A stretch of 64,000 nt of DNA from Alphaproteobacteria bacterium. Its GTDB lineage: Bacteria > Pseudomonadota > Alphaproteobacteria > JAIXQD01. Location of the stretch: the NCBI GenBank assembly GCA_965246895.1, contig OZ251993.1, positions 256,490-320,489 on the forward strand, read 5' to 3'. This document shows positions 47,013 to 55,441 of this stretch, in pieces; position 1 is the stretch's first letter; each line of letters starts with the position of its first letter. Made by a program: the position numbers and the translations under genes. The notes under the pieces were generated by a model. It did not search any database. It saw nothing but the letters and a program-made list of their open reading frames with translations, and was not told where the DNA came from.

Positions 47013-48550
47013 TGGTTTACATCCAGTTTCAGGCTGAATTGCGGCAGTACGCTCTCGCCGATCCAGGGCGCATCATAAACAGGGATCAGGAAAAGTATCT
47101 TATGATCCGGCGCTTCCAGCCAATCGCGCACGCGCACGGCCAGTTGATCGTTGATGCCTTTGGCCTCGCCGGGGCTGGCGAAGTTGCTCTGAATGCGGAT
47201 AACAGGCATGGCTGCTGGCAGGCTCGGCACGACATGACTGTAAGGCTGGAAGCCCGCCATGATGATCATAGTTTTAGCCGGATCGTTTTCGGTGAGCAGC
47301 GGCGGCCATTCGACCGTTACCATGTTTGGCCCGAAACTGGTACGGCTCCAGTTGGCGACTTGCGTGCAAGCCAGGCAAGCAACAAGCGCGAGCGCCATGG
47401 CGATCTGCTTCGTGCGTAGGCCTGTAAAGATGCGGTCGAGCGCAACCAGGATACAAGGTGCAGCTAGCATTTCCAACGGCACGGCATAGCGGTAGATCGC
47501 AAACATAAATAGCCAGGCTGCGTATGCGAGACCAATGGCGTAAAGCGAATAAGTCGCTTGCGATACCGTAAGGCGACCCAACCGATGACGAACCCGAAAG
47601 GCCATTATGGCTACAATCGGCAGCAAGCTATAGAGCAATGGCAGCTTGAGATCACGGAATGGCACTTCACCCACCAGTTTGGGGTCGAGCGTCCAGGCGA
47701 AAGGGAAGACCAAGCGCAACCAGTTTGAATCTGGCACGAAGTTGGTATCGCGCGCGGTGGTCGGCAGTGTCACCGGTGATTGAAAGATATTGTTGAAATA
47801 AGGGAAGAGCGGGTTCTGATATTCATGCCAGAGGTAAGCGCCCCAATAACCATAGCCAAGCGCGAGGCCCAGCAGCACGCCGCAACCGAACGTAAAGGCG
47901 CGGTTGAAACGGAGCTTGAAATCGCCAGGCATCAGGAATAGCGCGCCGCAGAGGCCGACACAGAAGATTGCTGTCGGCAGCTTTAGCCCCATGCCAATGC
48001 CGACCGGAATGCCGGCAATGACGAAGCTTGCCAAATCGACGTGTTTAGTGAGCGCGCGCTGCGCCAAATAAAGGCTCGTGAAGACGCCGAGGCTGACAAC
48101 GTTATCGTAGAAGACGGTGCCAAGCTCGGCCAACGTGCCGCCGCCAAGAACAGCCATTGCTGCCGCGCCAGCGGCATACCATTCGCGATGGCGGAGGTCA
48201 GGGCGCAGTAGCCGCTTGGTGATTTTAAACAGCAGCAGCGCGTTGGTCGCCTGTAATAGCGCGAGGCCGACGCTGGCCAGCCAGCTTGGCACCTGGCTGG
48301 CGATGGCATAAAACAGTGCATCGAACGCCGGATTATAGAAATACGGCGTCTGCGAGGGCAGCAGGTCGAACCCGTAACGCCCGTTCAATAGCGCATAGCC
48401 ATTGTACCAATGATAGTTTTTAAGATCCCAGTTCGCATCCTGCCCGAACCAGAGCGCAAGTGCGGCATAAAGCGGAAAGATCAACAGCAGACAGCGGCGG
48501 GCAGTAATAAGAGACATGCTTCCTTGTACCGCAGGGTTCAGCCCTTGCAA
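46949..48550 (-). CDS. Large polytopic membrane glycosyltransferase, GT-C-like (GtrC/ArnT-type candidate)
   Basis: 533 aa with more than 10 TM helices and the architecture of lipid-linked-sugar transferases. It is the first gene of the gtr-like operon. An alternative start lies at 48517. Confidence 0.7.
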   Translation of the reverse strand: MQGLNPAVQGSMSLITARRCLLLIFPLYAALALWFGQDANWDLKNYHWYNGYALLNGRYGFDLLPSQTPYFYNPAFDALFYAIASQVPSWLASVGLALLQATNALLLFKITKRLLRPDLRHREWYAAGAAAMAVLGGGTLAELGTVFYDNVVSLGVFTSLYLAQRALTKHVDLASFVIAGIPVGIGMGLKLPTAIFCVGLCGALFLMPGDFKLRFNRAFTFGCGVLLGLALGYGYWGAYLWHEYQNPLFPYFNNIFQSPVTLPTTARDTNFVPDSNWLRLVFPFAWTLDPKLVGEVPFRDLKLPLLYSLLPIVAIMAFRVRHRLGRLTVSQATYSLYAIGLAYAAWLFMFAIYRYAVPLEMLAAPCILVALDRIFTGLRTKQIAMALALVACLACTQVANWSRTSFGPNMVTVEWPPLLTENDPAKTMIIMAGFQPYSHVVPSLPAAMPVIRIQSNFASPGEAKGINDQLAVRVRDWLEAPDHKILFLIPVYDAPWIGESVLPQFSLKLDVNQCQRVHPNFDEDLSLCPLTRL

Positions 48551-48573
48551 ATGCGTTGCATTTGCTGCGGTAG
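48548..48573. promoter_or_regulatory. Conserved 26-bp box, copy B (aaatgcgttgcatttgctgcggtagt)
   Basis: 24/26 identical to 4102-4127. It sits about 38 nt upstream of the histidine kinase start and directly upstream of the divergent GT-C gene. Confidence 0.4.
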
Positions 48574-48610
48574 TATTTATTTCGCTTTGCCTTCGGCGTT
48601 GCGAAGATAA

Positions 48611-49993
48611 ATGATACTTTCGGATTTTACAGAACCGGTTAAAGCTAGGTGCGTGCTAGATCCCGCTTTCCTTTCCGCCTATATCTTGCCGATCAGCTTA
48701 CTGGCGGTTGCGCTGGGGCTGGTCGCGGGCGGCATCTTCTATTACCTCGGCAGTCGGCAGCGGCATCTGGCGCAGCAACTGCGCGGCGCCAGCGAGATCG
48801 TGCAGGCCGGCGTGCAGGCAACATTGAATAAAGAGATCGTCGACAGTCAGAAAGCGGCCAGCAGCCTTCGCGATCGCGAACGCAAATACCGCAGCATCTT
48901 CGAGAATGCGATGATCGGCATTGCCCAGATCGTGCCGGGCGGTCGGTGGACGGCGGCGAACCCGGCGCTAGCCCGCATGCTCGGCTATTTCGACCCATCG
49001 GAAATTTTGTCGGCGCAGCCTGATCTGCATGGCGACTTTTTCGTCAATGCCGAAGACCGCGGTGCATGGTACGCGCTGCTCGATAGCGAGCAAAAAAGCC
49101 AGTTCGAGGCGGATATCTGGCGGCTCGACCGAAAGCAGGTGCGGCTCGCGCTCTCAGGCGTGGCTGTACGAGACGAGCATGGCACCGTCCTTTATTATGA
49201 ATGCATGCTGGTGGACATCACCGAGAGCTATAAGGCCAAGCGCGATTTGGAACGCGCCAAGGCGGACGCTGAATATTCCAACCATTCTAAGAGCGAGTTT
49301 CTGGCCAATATGAGCCACGAACTGCGGACGCCACTGAACGCGATCCTTGGCTTTGCGGAGATCATCAAAGACGAATTGTTCGGCGCGATCGGTAACCCAC
49401 AATATAGCGACTATGCGACCGATATTTTCCATTCCGGCCAACACCTCTTAAGCCTTATCAATGACATCCTTGATATGTCGAAGATCGAAGCCGGCAAGCG
49501 TGACCTGGCGGAGGAAATCGTCAGCCTCTCTGACATCTGCAAAAGCGCAGTGCGGCTCATTGCGCACCGGGCGACCGAAGGCCGCGTGAAATTGATCCTG
49601 CAGGTGCCGAACGATCTGCCGCGGCTGCGCGGGGAGGATAAGGCGCTGAAACAGGTGCTGGTGAATATCTTGTCGAACGCGGTGAAGTTCACGCCTGAAG
49701 GCGGCAGCGTCACTATGACAGCGGGGCTTGATAAAAACGGCGCGCTGAAGGTCGTGGTGACGGATACCGGCATTGGCATCGCCAAGAAGGATATTCCGAA
49801 AGCACTGGCACCGTTTGGGCAGATAGAATCGGCGCTAGCTCGGAAGTATCAGGGCACAGGCTTGGGCCTGCCGATTACCAAACAGCTGGTGGAGCTGCAT
49901 GGCGGCACCTTCGCGATCGACAGCGAGCTGGGTCAAGGCACGGCGGTGTCGTTTACCCTTCCCCCACAACGCGTCATCCGCGAATTCATCTGA
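48611..49993 (+). CDS. PAS-domain sensor histidine kinase
   Basis: TM segment, PAS, HisKA H-box (MSHELRTPLNAILGF), and HATPase_c N/G boxes. Confidence 0.9.
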   Translation: MILSDFTEPVKARCVLDPAFLSAYILPISLLAVALGLVAGGIFYYLGSRQRHLAQQLRGASEIVQAGVQATLNKEIVDSQKAASSLRDRERKYRSIFENAMIGIAQIVPGGRWTAANPALARMLGYFDPSEILSAQPDLHGDFFVNAEDRGAWYALLDSEQKSQFEADIWRLDRKQVRLALSGVAVRDEHGTVLYYECMLVDITESYKAKRDLERAKADAEYSNHSKSEFLANMSHELRTPLNAILGFAEIIKDELFGAIGNPQYSDYATDIFHSGQHLLSLINDILDMSKIEAGKRDLAEEIVSLSDICKSAVRLIAHRATEGRVKLILQVPNDLPRLRGEDKALKQVLVNILSNAVKFTPEGGSVTMTAGLDKNGALKVVVTDTGIGIAKKDIPKALAPFGQIESALARKYQGTGLGLPITKQLVELHGGTFAIDSELGQGTAVSFTLPPQRVIREFI

Positions 49994-49996
49994 CGC

Positions 49997-50608
49997 TTAA
50001 TCAGTCAGTTGAAAAGCCGTGCGGATCGCATTTCTGTCAGGCCATTGCCGGGTATGAAAGCGGATAGTTTTATAGCCTGCCGCGGCCAGCATCCAATCTC
50101 GTTTCCGGTCATCATGCTGTTTCAAAGATTGGTCGTGACTGGGATCGTCAAGCTCAATAAAAGCCAGTATGCGGCAATCATCCTTAGCGCAGACGAGGAA
50201 ATCGGCATGGCGCGCCCCTAGCGATCTTGCCAAAGCGCCGAATAGCCGTCCGTTCAAGCCAGACGGGATGTGCACAACAGCGCGGAATGCGACCTGCGGA
50301 AAGACTTCATATTCCGGTAGAGCAGCTCGCAATTGGCTGAAGAAGCTGAGTTCGGTTTTGCTCAGCAGGCGCTTAGGCCGCAGAAACCTGAATTCGTTAG
50401 GCAGAGCCTCTTCCCGATCCGACCTAGAAGAGTGCCAAGGTTGAGCCTCGAAATTCATCGCTCGCTGTGCCGATCGCCGACGCGCGCCTATAACGAGGCC
50501 AATGACAATCAACCCGGCAAACGCCGCCAACACCTGCAGCAGCGGCTCCGTCGCGCGCAATGGCTGCAGAACCTGCAAACTGTCAACTGCTAGTTGTTGT
50601 ATAGGCAT
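49997..50608 (-). CDS. Membrane-anchored DUF2726 domain protein (restriction-endonuclease-like fold)
   Basis: N-terminal TM helix, then LSKTELSFFSQLRAAL...VFPQV...ADFLVC...ILAFIELDDPSH...RDWMLAAAGYKTIRF, which matches what I recall of DUF2726. Confidence 0.6.
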   Translation of the reverse strand: MPIQQLAVDSLQVLQPLRATEPLLQVLAAFAGLIVIGLVIGARRRSAQRAMNFEAQPWHSSRSDREEALPNEFRFLRPKRLLSKTELSFFSQLRAALPEYEVFPQVAFRAVVHIPSGLNGRLFGALARSLGARHADFLVCAKDDCRILAFIELDDPSHDQSLKQHDDRKRDWMLAAAGYKTIRFHTRQWPDRNAIRTAFQLTD

Positions 50609-50772
50609 CAGGATTGATTCAGCTTGGATAATCTAAGCGTGAAATTATTGTGCGGAGAAATCAATAATATCTATATAAGAAATTTAAGTCAATAAAATAA
50701 TGCCATGCACAACTCAGGGATCATTAAGCTAAGGATTATATTGTAAGCGAACCTATTAACGAGGAGTACCTA

Positions 50773-50958
50773 ATGAGCGACAAGAATAACAAAACTATGG
50801 CCGAAGCCGTTTTTGCCCGGTTAGCCGCACAGCTAACCAATCCTTTTTCTCTATCCCTCGTGAAGCAACAGGCCAAGGCTGTGTACGCTGAGACATTACT
50901 GACGGTGCAAGGTACGAGCGAAGACGTGTTTGCCCGGCTGGAAGCTGCGGCGGTTTAG
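50773..50958 (+). CDS. Hypothetical small protein (61 aa)
   Basis: Preceded by an AT-rich promoter-like region with a GAGGAG SD, and followed by a strong terminator. No motif recognised. Confidence 0.35.
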   Translation: MSDKNNKTMAEAVFARLAAQLTNPFSLSLVKQQAKAVYAETLLTVQGTSEDVFARLEAAAV

Positions 50959-50984
50959 CCTTTCCTTCATTGTTGCTTTTCTTA

Positions 50985-51009
50985 AGCCCTGCTTTGGCAG
51001 GGCTTTTTC
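50985..51009 (+). terminator. Rho-independent terminator
   Basis: AGCCCTGC-tttg-GCAGGGCT hairpin followed by ttttt. Confidence 0.8.
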
Positions 51010-51104
51010 GTGTGCAATAAACCTAATCGAAAACCGATACTCAGCTTGGCTTGATGGTGACAGTCCGCGGCCCTGCCGTCTCATCATCAAGAAGGAAGAA
51101 AATC

Positions 51105-51599
51105 ATGACGACATTCGTAACCGCCACATTCAAAACCCGTAACGCAGCGCAAAGCTATCTGAACGATATCGAAGCGCTGGGCGTGACCTCTGACCAGATC
51201 TCGACCGTGACGACGGATGAGACGCGCGGCAATTCTTTTAACATCGATGAATCGTCGAAGGCGCCTGAGGGTGCTGCGACGGGTGCTTCTCTAGGTGGGT
51301 TGGTTGGGGTCGTATTGGGCGCTTTGGCGACTGCCGGCACGCTCGTGATTCCTGGCCTGAATATCGTCGTCGGCGGCGCGCTCGTCGGTGCCCTTGCGGG
51401 CCTTGGTACAGGCGCAATGGCGGGCGGCTTGTTGGGCGGACTCGTCGGCGCGGGCATTCCAGAGCATGAAGCCACGATCTATGAAAACGAAATTAAGAAT
51501 GGTGCCGTGCTGATTGCGGTGGCCGCCAAAGATAGTGACCAAGCCGAGCAACTGCGCGATCTGTTGAAGCGGAATGATGCTTACAACATCGCCGCTTAA
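51105..51599 (+). CDS. General stress protein, YflT-like N-domain with Gly-zipper membrane segment
   Basis: MTTFVTATFKTRNAAQSYLNDIEALGVTSDQISTVTTDE resembles the YflT-type stress domain, and is followed by a GxxxG-rich hydrophobic stretch. Start at the internal Met of the 51051 ORF. Confidence 0.65.
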   Translation: MTTFVTATFKTRNAAQSYLNDIEALGVTSDQISTVTTDETRGNSFNIDESSKAPEGAATGASLGGLVGVVLGALATAGTLVIPGLNIVVGGALVGALAGLGTGAMAGGLLGGLVGAGIPEHEATIYENEIKNGAVLIAVAAKDSDQAEQLRDLLKRNDAYNIAA

Positions 51600-51738
51600 C
51601 GCTCGCATTTGACTTGTACCTATCGCGCTTCGGCTGCGATCTGGTACGCACGTACTTAATGTACGCTTACGTTCCGGGTCTTGCCAAAGCATCGATATCT
51701 ACGGCGTCATCTGCAAGCTACTGATAGATTGTAATTTA

Positions 51739-51765
51739 GCCCTGCTGGAAACGGCAGGGCTTTTA
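51739..51765 (+). terminator. Rho-independent terminator
   Basis: GCCCTGC-tggaaac-GGCAGGGC hairpin followed by tttta. It abuts the stop of the convergent cpdR gene. Confidence 0.7.
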
Positions 51766-52167
51766 CTTATTTAGCGCAACTTTCACTTGCCCCAGTAGCT
51801 CGTCGAGCGTGAACGGCTTAGCGAGGATGAAGTTGATCAGCGCCTCAAGGTTATGCGCGCGCGCGCGGGCGTCGGCGTAGCCGGAGATCATGATAATCTT
51901 CAGGTCTGGATGGTCGCGGCTAGCCGTAAGCGCTAGCGAAATCCCGTCCATGCGCGGCATGACGATATCCGTAATGAGAAGATCGAATTGATTATCGGGC
52001 AGCGCCAATTGGTCGAGCGCATGCTCGCCATCTTCGACCGCGACAACATTGTAACCAACGCTTCCAAGGCCACGAACGATAAATTCGCGTACCGCCGGCT
52101 CATCCTCTGCCACGAGGATATTGATCGCATTAGGGGGCGTATTATTCGGGAGCAAATGAGCCCCCAA
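51763..52167 (-). CDS. cpdR: Single-domain response regulator CpdR
   Basis: Receiver domain with CpdR-like segments (LLITDIVMPRMDGISLA; DLKIIMISGYA; AKPFTLDELLGQVK). Confidence 0.8.
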   Translation of the reverse strand: MGAHLLPNNTPPNAINILVAEDEPAVREFIVRGLGSVGYNVVAVEDGEHALDQLALPDNQFDLLITDIVMPRMDGISLALTASRDHPDLKIIMISGYADARARAHNLEALINFILAKPFTLDELLGQVKVALNK

Positions 52168-52927
52168 ATTGGACAGTCACCTCGGCCATTTTCGGGTCGG
52201 CGGCGCCTAATTGCATGGTAAAGCCCGTCTCGCCATGGGGCGGCAGCGTCTGCAATTGCACGGAGGGATGATAGGTGCCAAGTAGCGCGCCTTTCACATC
52301 CTTCGTAAACAGGCGTAGTGGCGGGATCGCAAGTTCGTCATCAGTCTGGTTGACAATCTTGCCTTCAACGATCAGCGAATAGCCGGCAGGCGTTTGCGTG
52401 CCCAAGGCATCTGGCGTCGTGATGCCGGTATCGGCGGCGGCGGCCGTCTGCAAGACGTAACGCGTCGTTACATTTTCGATCGTCAAAGGTGCCGCAGTTT
52501 CCATATGGAAAGTGCTGTTAATCGTCGCGCCTAACCAAGCGAGGCCGGCGGGCGCAATAGCAATCAGCCCTACCAGTGCCAGAACAGTAACAAGGATCAA
52601 CAGTGCGGTATTGCGGCGCGGCTGCAATTTGCCGGCAAATCCCCTTAGCCACTTACGTTTGATTTTTGCGGGCAGGTTGGAGCCGGCAGGGATTGGCTGC
52701 GTTGGCACCGTAGCGGCGGAAAGATCCGGCACGGCATCGCTAATCATGCTGGCGAAGTCGGGCGTTTGGGCGGTGGCCGGTGCTTCCGCCTGCCACTCGT
52801 GCTTGCACTTGCCACAACGAACGCGCCGCGACCTTTTTATCATACCGCCTTCGGCGGTGGCGCGACCCGCAAAAGCGGCGTCTGGCACCAGAAAGCGCGT
52901 CGAACAGGCCGGGCAGGTCAAAATCAT
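52142..52927 (-). CDS. MJ0042-type zinc-ribbon protein with DUF3426 C-terminal domain
   Basis: N-terminal CPACSTRF...CGKCKH zinc ribbon, one TM helix, and a C-terminal beta-rich domain. It lies in the usual alphaproteobacterial position upstream of ftsE. Confidence 0.7.
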   Translation of the reverse strand: MILTCPACSTRFLVPDAAFAGRATAEGGMIKRSRRVRCGKCKHEWQAEAPATAQTPDFASMISDAVPDLSAATVPTQPIPAGSNLPAKIKRKWLRGFAGKLQPRRNTALLILVTVLALVGLIAIAPAGLAWLGATINSTFHMETAAPLTIENVTTRYVLQTAAAADTGITTPDALGTQTPAGYSLIVEGKIVNQTDDELAIPPLRLFTKDVKGALLGTYHPSVQLQTLPPHGETGFTMQLGAADPKMAEVTVQFGGSFAPE

Positions 52928-53023
52928 GCGCAGACTATAAGGGATTATACCCGCGAAGCAAGTTCGCGGCTTGGGTTTGAGCCTTCTATTGAGCTTGGCC
53001 GTTAATCTTAATAAGGTGGCGCT

Positions 53024-53782
53024 GTGGCTCGCCCTATATCTTCATCCAAACCGCAACAGCCGGCCGCTGAAAAACCAATCGCGCCCGTGTTGGCGCTGCG
53101 CGGGTTGACGCATGGCTATGCCGCGCCCGGGGCGGCGGCGGACGATCGCAGCCATGTCATTTTGAATAATATCGAGCTGGATCTGGCGCCCGGCTCCTTC
53201 AACTTTTTGACCGGGCCATCGGGCGCTGGCAAATCGACATTGCTGAAGCTCATGTATTTGGGGCTCGAGCCAACCCGCGGGCGGGTGGAGCTGTTCGGAC
53301 GCGATGCGTTGAGTTTGCCACGCGTGCAACTGGCGCGCCTGCGCCGCCGCATCGGCGTGGTGTTCCAGGATTTCCGGCTCTTGCCGCATCTGGATATCGT
53401 CGAGAACGTGGCGCTGCCGCTGCGCCTTGCCGGCGCAAGCCAAAGCCAGATCGCGAGCCACGTGCCGGAGTTGCTGCGCTGGGTCGGCCTTGGCGATCAT
53501 TTGGGTGCAACGCCGCTGACGCTATCCGGTGGGCAGCAGCAGCGGGTGGCCATTGCCCGTGCCGTCATCAACCGCCCGGCGCTGCTGCTGGCAGATGAGC
53601 CGACCGGGAACGTCGATGACGAGATCGGCTTGCGGCTGATGCATTTATTCGTCGAGCTGAACCGGCTTGGCACGACGGTCGTGATCGCCACCCACAACCA
53701 AGGCCTGATCGAACGCATCGGCAAATCCGTGCTGCGGCTTGAGGACGGCAAACTCTCGCGTGTTTCCAATGGGGCCGATTGA
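53024..53782 (+). CDS. ftsE: Cell division ATP-binding protein FtsE
   Basis: ABC ATPase with Walker A GPSGAGKST, signature LSGGQQQRVAIARA, and Walker B LLLADEPT. Confidence 0.9.
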   Translation: MARPISSSKPQQPAAEKPIAPVLALRGLTHGYAAPGAAADDRSHVILNNIELDLAPGSFNFLTGPSGAGKSTLLKLMYLGLEPTRGRVELFGRDALSLPRVQLARLRRRIGVVFQDFRLLPHLDIVENVALPLRLAGASQSQIASHVPELLRWVGLGDHLGATPLTLSGGQQQRVAIARAVINRPALLLADEPTGNVDDEIGLRLMHLFVELNRLGTTVVIATHNQGLIERIGKSVLRLEDGKLSRVSNGAD

Positions 53783-54819
53783 TGGCCGACCTGATGCAAA
53801 AGACGGTGCTGGAAAGCGGGCGTAGGGCAATGACGGCGAGCCGTACCGCCGGCAAACAAGCGCGCACGCTGTCGCAATGGCTATACGACAAATTATTTGG
53901 GCGCGGGCGCGAACTGCCATTACAGGCGGACGGGATCGCAATCGCGCTCGCCGCCTTGTTGGGCGTGATGGTCTATCTGGCAGCACTGGGGCTAGCAGCT
54001 AGTTTTATCCTCGGCCAGTTCGCAAGCGCGTGGGAGAGCGGCCGTCGCGGCGAATTTACGGTTGAAATCCGACCGATGGGTTTGCCGACAACGCAAGCAG
54101 GCGGTAATGCCGCCGCAGCACAAGGCATGCCCAGCATGTCTGCACGGGTGGGTGCGGCACTGCAAACCTTGCGCATGACACCGGGGATCGCGCGTGCCAC
54201 GCCGATGGGCGAAACGGAGATGCGCACGCTGCTGACGCCTTGGCTGGGGCCGGATATTAATTTTCAAGAACTGCCGCTGCCGGTACTAATCACGGTGCAG
54301 CTGGCGGCGGATGCGCCCGCGGGCACTGTTGAAAGTCTAGCCGATAAGATGCCGCGGGCAATCCCCGGTTTGCGCGTTGATGACCATGGCGCTTGGTTGG
54401 CGGAGCTGCGGCATTTCGTCTCGATGCTGGCGATTGTCGCCTGGGCAGTGATCGCGCTCTTGGCAGGGGCGGCTTCGCTGACTGTGATCCTCGTGACGCG
54501 GATCAGTTTGCTCGCGCATCGCGACGTAGTTGAGATTTTGCATGTGGTCGGCGCGACCGACCGGCATATCGCCTGGCAGTTCCAAACCTTCATTGCGCGC
54601 ATTGCCGCGGTCGGCAGCGGGGCAGGCGCATTGCTGGCGCTGCTAACAGTGCTGATCGCCAAGGCTTTCGCCACTGCGCTTTCGACGCCGCTGCTGCCCG
54701 AAGCGGGCCTTGGCTGGTGGTTCTTCCTCGTCATCATCCTACTGCCCGGCATCACGACGGGTCTGGCAACGGTCGTCGCGCGAGTGGCGGCCATGTGGTG
54801 GGTACATAAGCTTCCATGA
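53779..54819 (+). CDS. ftsX: Cell division permease FtsX
   Basis: Its ATGA overlaps ftsE. It has the FtsX topology: TM1, a periplasmic loop, and three C-terminal TM helices. Confidence 0.85.
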   Translation: MMADLMQKTVLESGRRAMTASRTAGKQARTLSQWLYDKLFGRGRELPLQADGIAIALAALLGVMVYLAALGLAASFILGQFASAWESGRRGEFTVEIRPMGLPTTQAGGNAAAAQGMPSMSARVGAALQTLRMTPGIARATPMGETEMRTLLTPWLGPDINFQELPLPVLITVQLAADAPAGTVESLADKMPRAIPGLRVDDHGAWLAELRHFVSMLAIVAWAVIALLAGAASLTVILVTRISLLAHRDVVEILHVVGATDRHIAWQFQTFIARIAAVGSGAGALLALLTVLIAKAFATALSTPLLPEAGLGWWFFLVIILLPGITTGLATVVARVAAMWWVHKLP

Positions 54820-54841
54820 TCTGTGCACTTAGGATTTTTGG

Positions 54842-55441
54842 ATGACCTTCGCCCGCACCATTTATCTGTTCGGCGCCTTCGTGTTAGCCTCCTGGCTGGC
54901 AGGATTTTTGTGGTTCACCGGCGAGGTCGCAGGGCTTCAGCCGCCCGAAAACCCGCAAGGTGCCGCCATCGTCGTGCTGACCGGCGGCGGTGGCCGCGTT
55001 GAAGAAGGGCTGAAACTGCTGGCTGCCGGGAATGCCAAAAAGCTGCTGATCTCCGGCGTGCATCCAGACGTTGACCGCGATGAATTATTGGAAAGTAGTG
55101 GCATCCCCATCGATAAAAAGCTAGTTGATTGCTGCATTGTCCTTGGCTATGCCGCAGACAGCACCGAAGGCAATGCCAGCGAGGCAGGCGATTGGGCAGC
55201 GAAAGAACATATCCCTTCACTGATCGTGGTGACGGCCAATTATCATTTGCCACGCGCATTGCTAGAATTTCATCGCGCCCTGCCAAAGGCCGAACTCGTG
55301 CCATACCCGCTGCCGCGTCAAAACGTCGCTGTCAATTCCTGGTGGCAATCGGGTAGCAGCGCGCGGTTGCTGTTCATCGAATATGCGAAATATACGGCGG
55401 CACTGACGCGTGCCTCCTACGATCTGGTGCGGAGCAACTAA
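54842..55441 (+). CDS. DUF218/YdcF family protein
   Basis: VVLTGGGGRVEEGLKL...LISGVHPD matches the DUF218 core. The gene follows ftsEX, as is conserved in alphaproteobacteria. Confidence 0.8.
   Translation: MTFARTIYLFGAFVLASWLAGFLWFTGEVAGLQPPENPQGAAIVVLTGGGGRVEEGLKLLAAGNAKKLLISGVHPDVDRDELLESSGIPIDKKLVDCCIVLGYAADSTEGNASEAGDWAAKEHIPSLIVVTANYHLPRALLEFHRALPKAELVPYPLPRQNVAVNSWWQSGSSARLLFIEYAKYTAALTRASYDLVRSN

Noticed and set aside
50742-50749. AAGCGAAC 8-mer shared with the palindrome at 4147-4154
   Set aside because: A single 8-mer match is expected by chance about twice in 64 kb on two strands.
53042-53986. Minus-strand ORFs of 86-152 aa
   Set aside because: Antisense to ftsE/ftsX, Arg/Ala-rich, so spurious.
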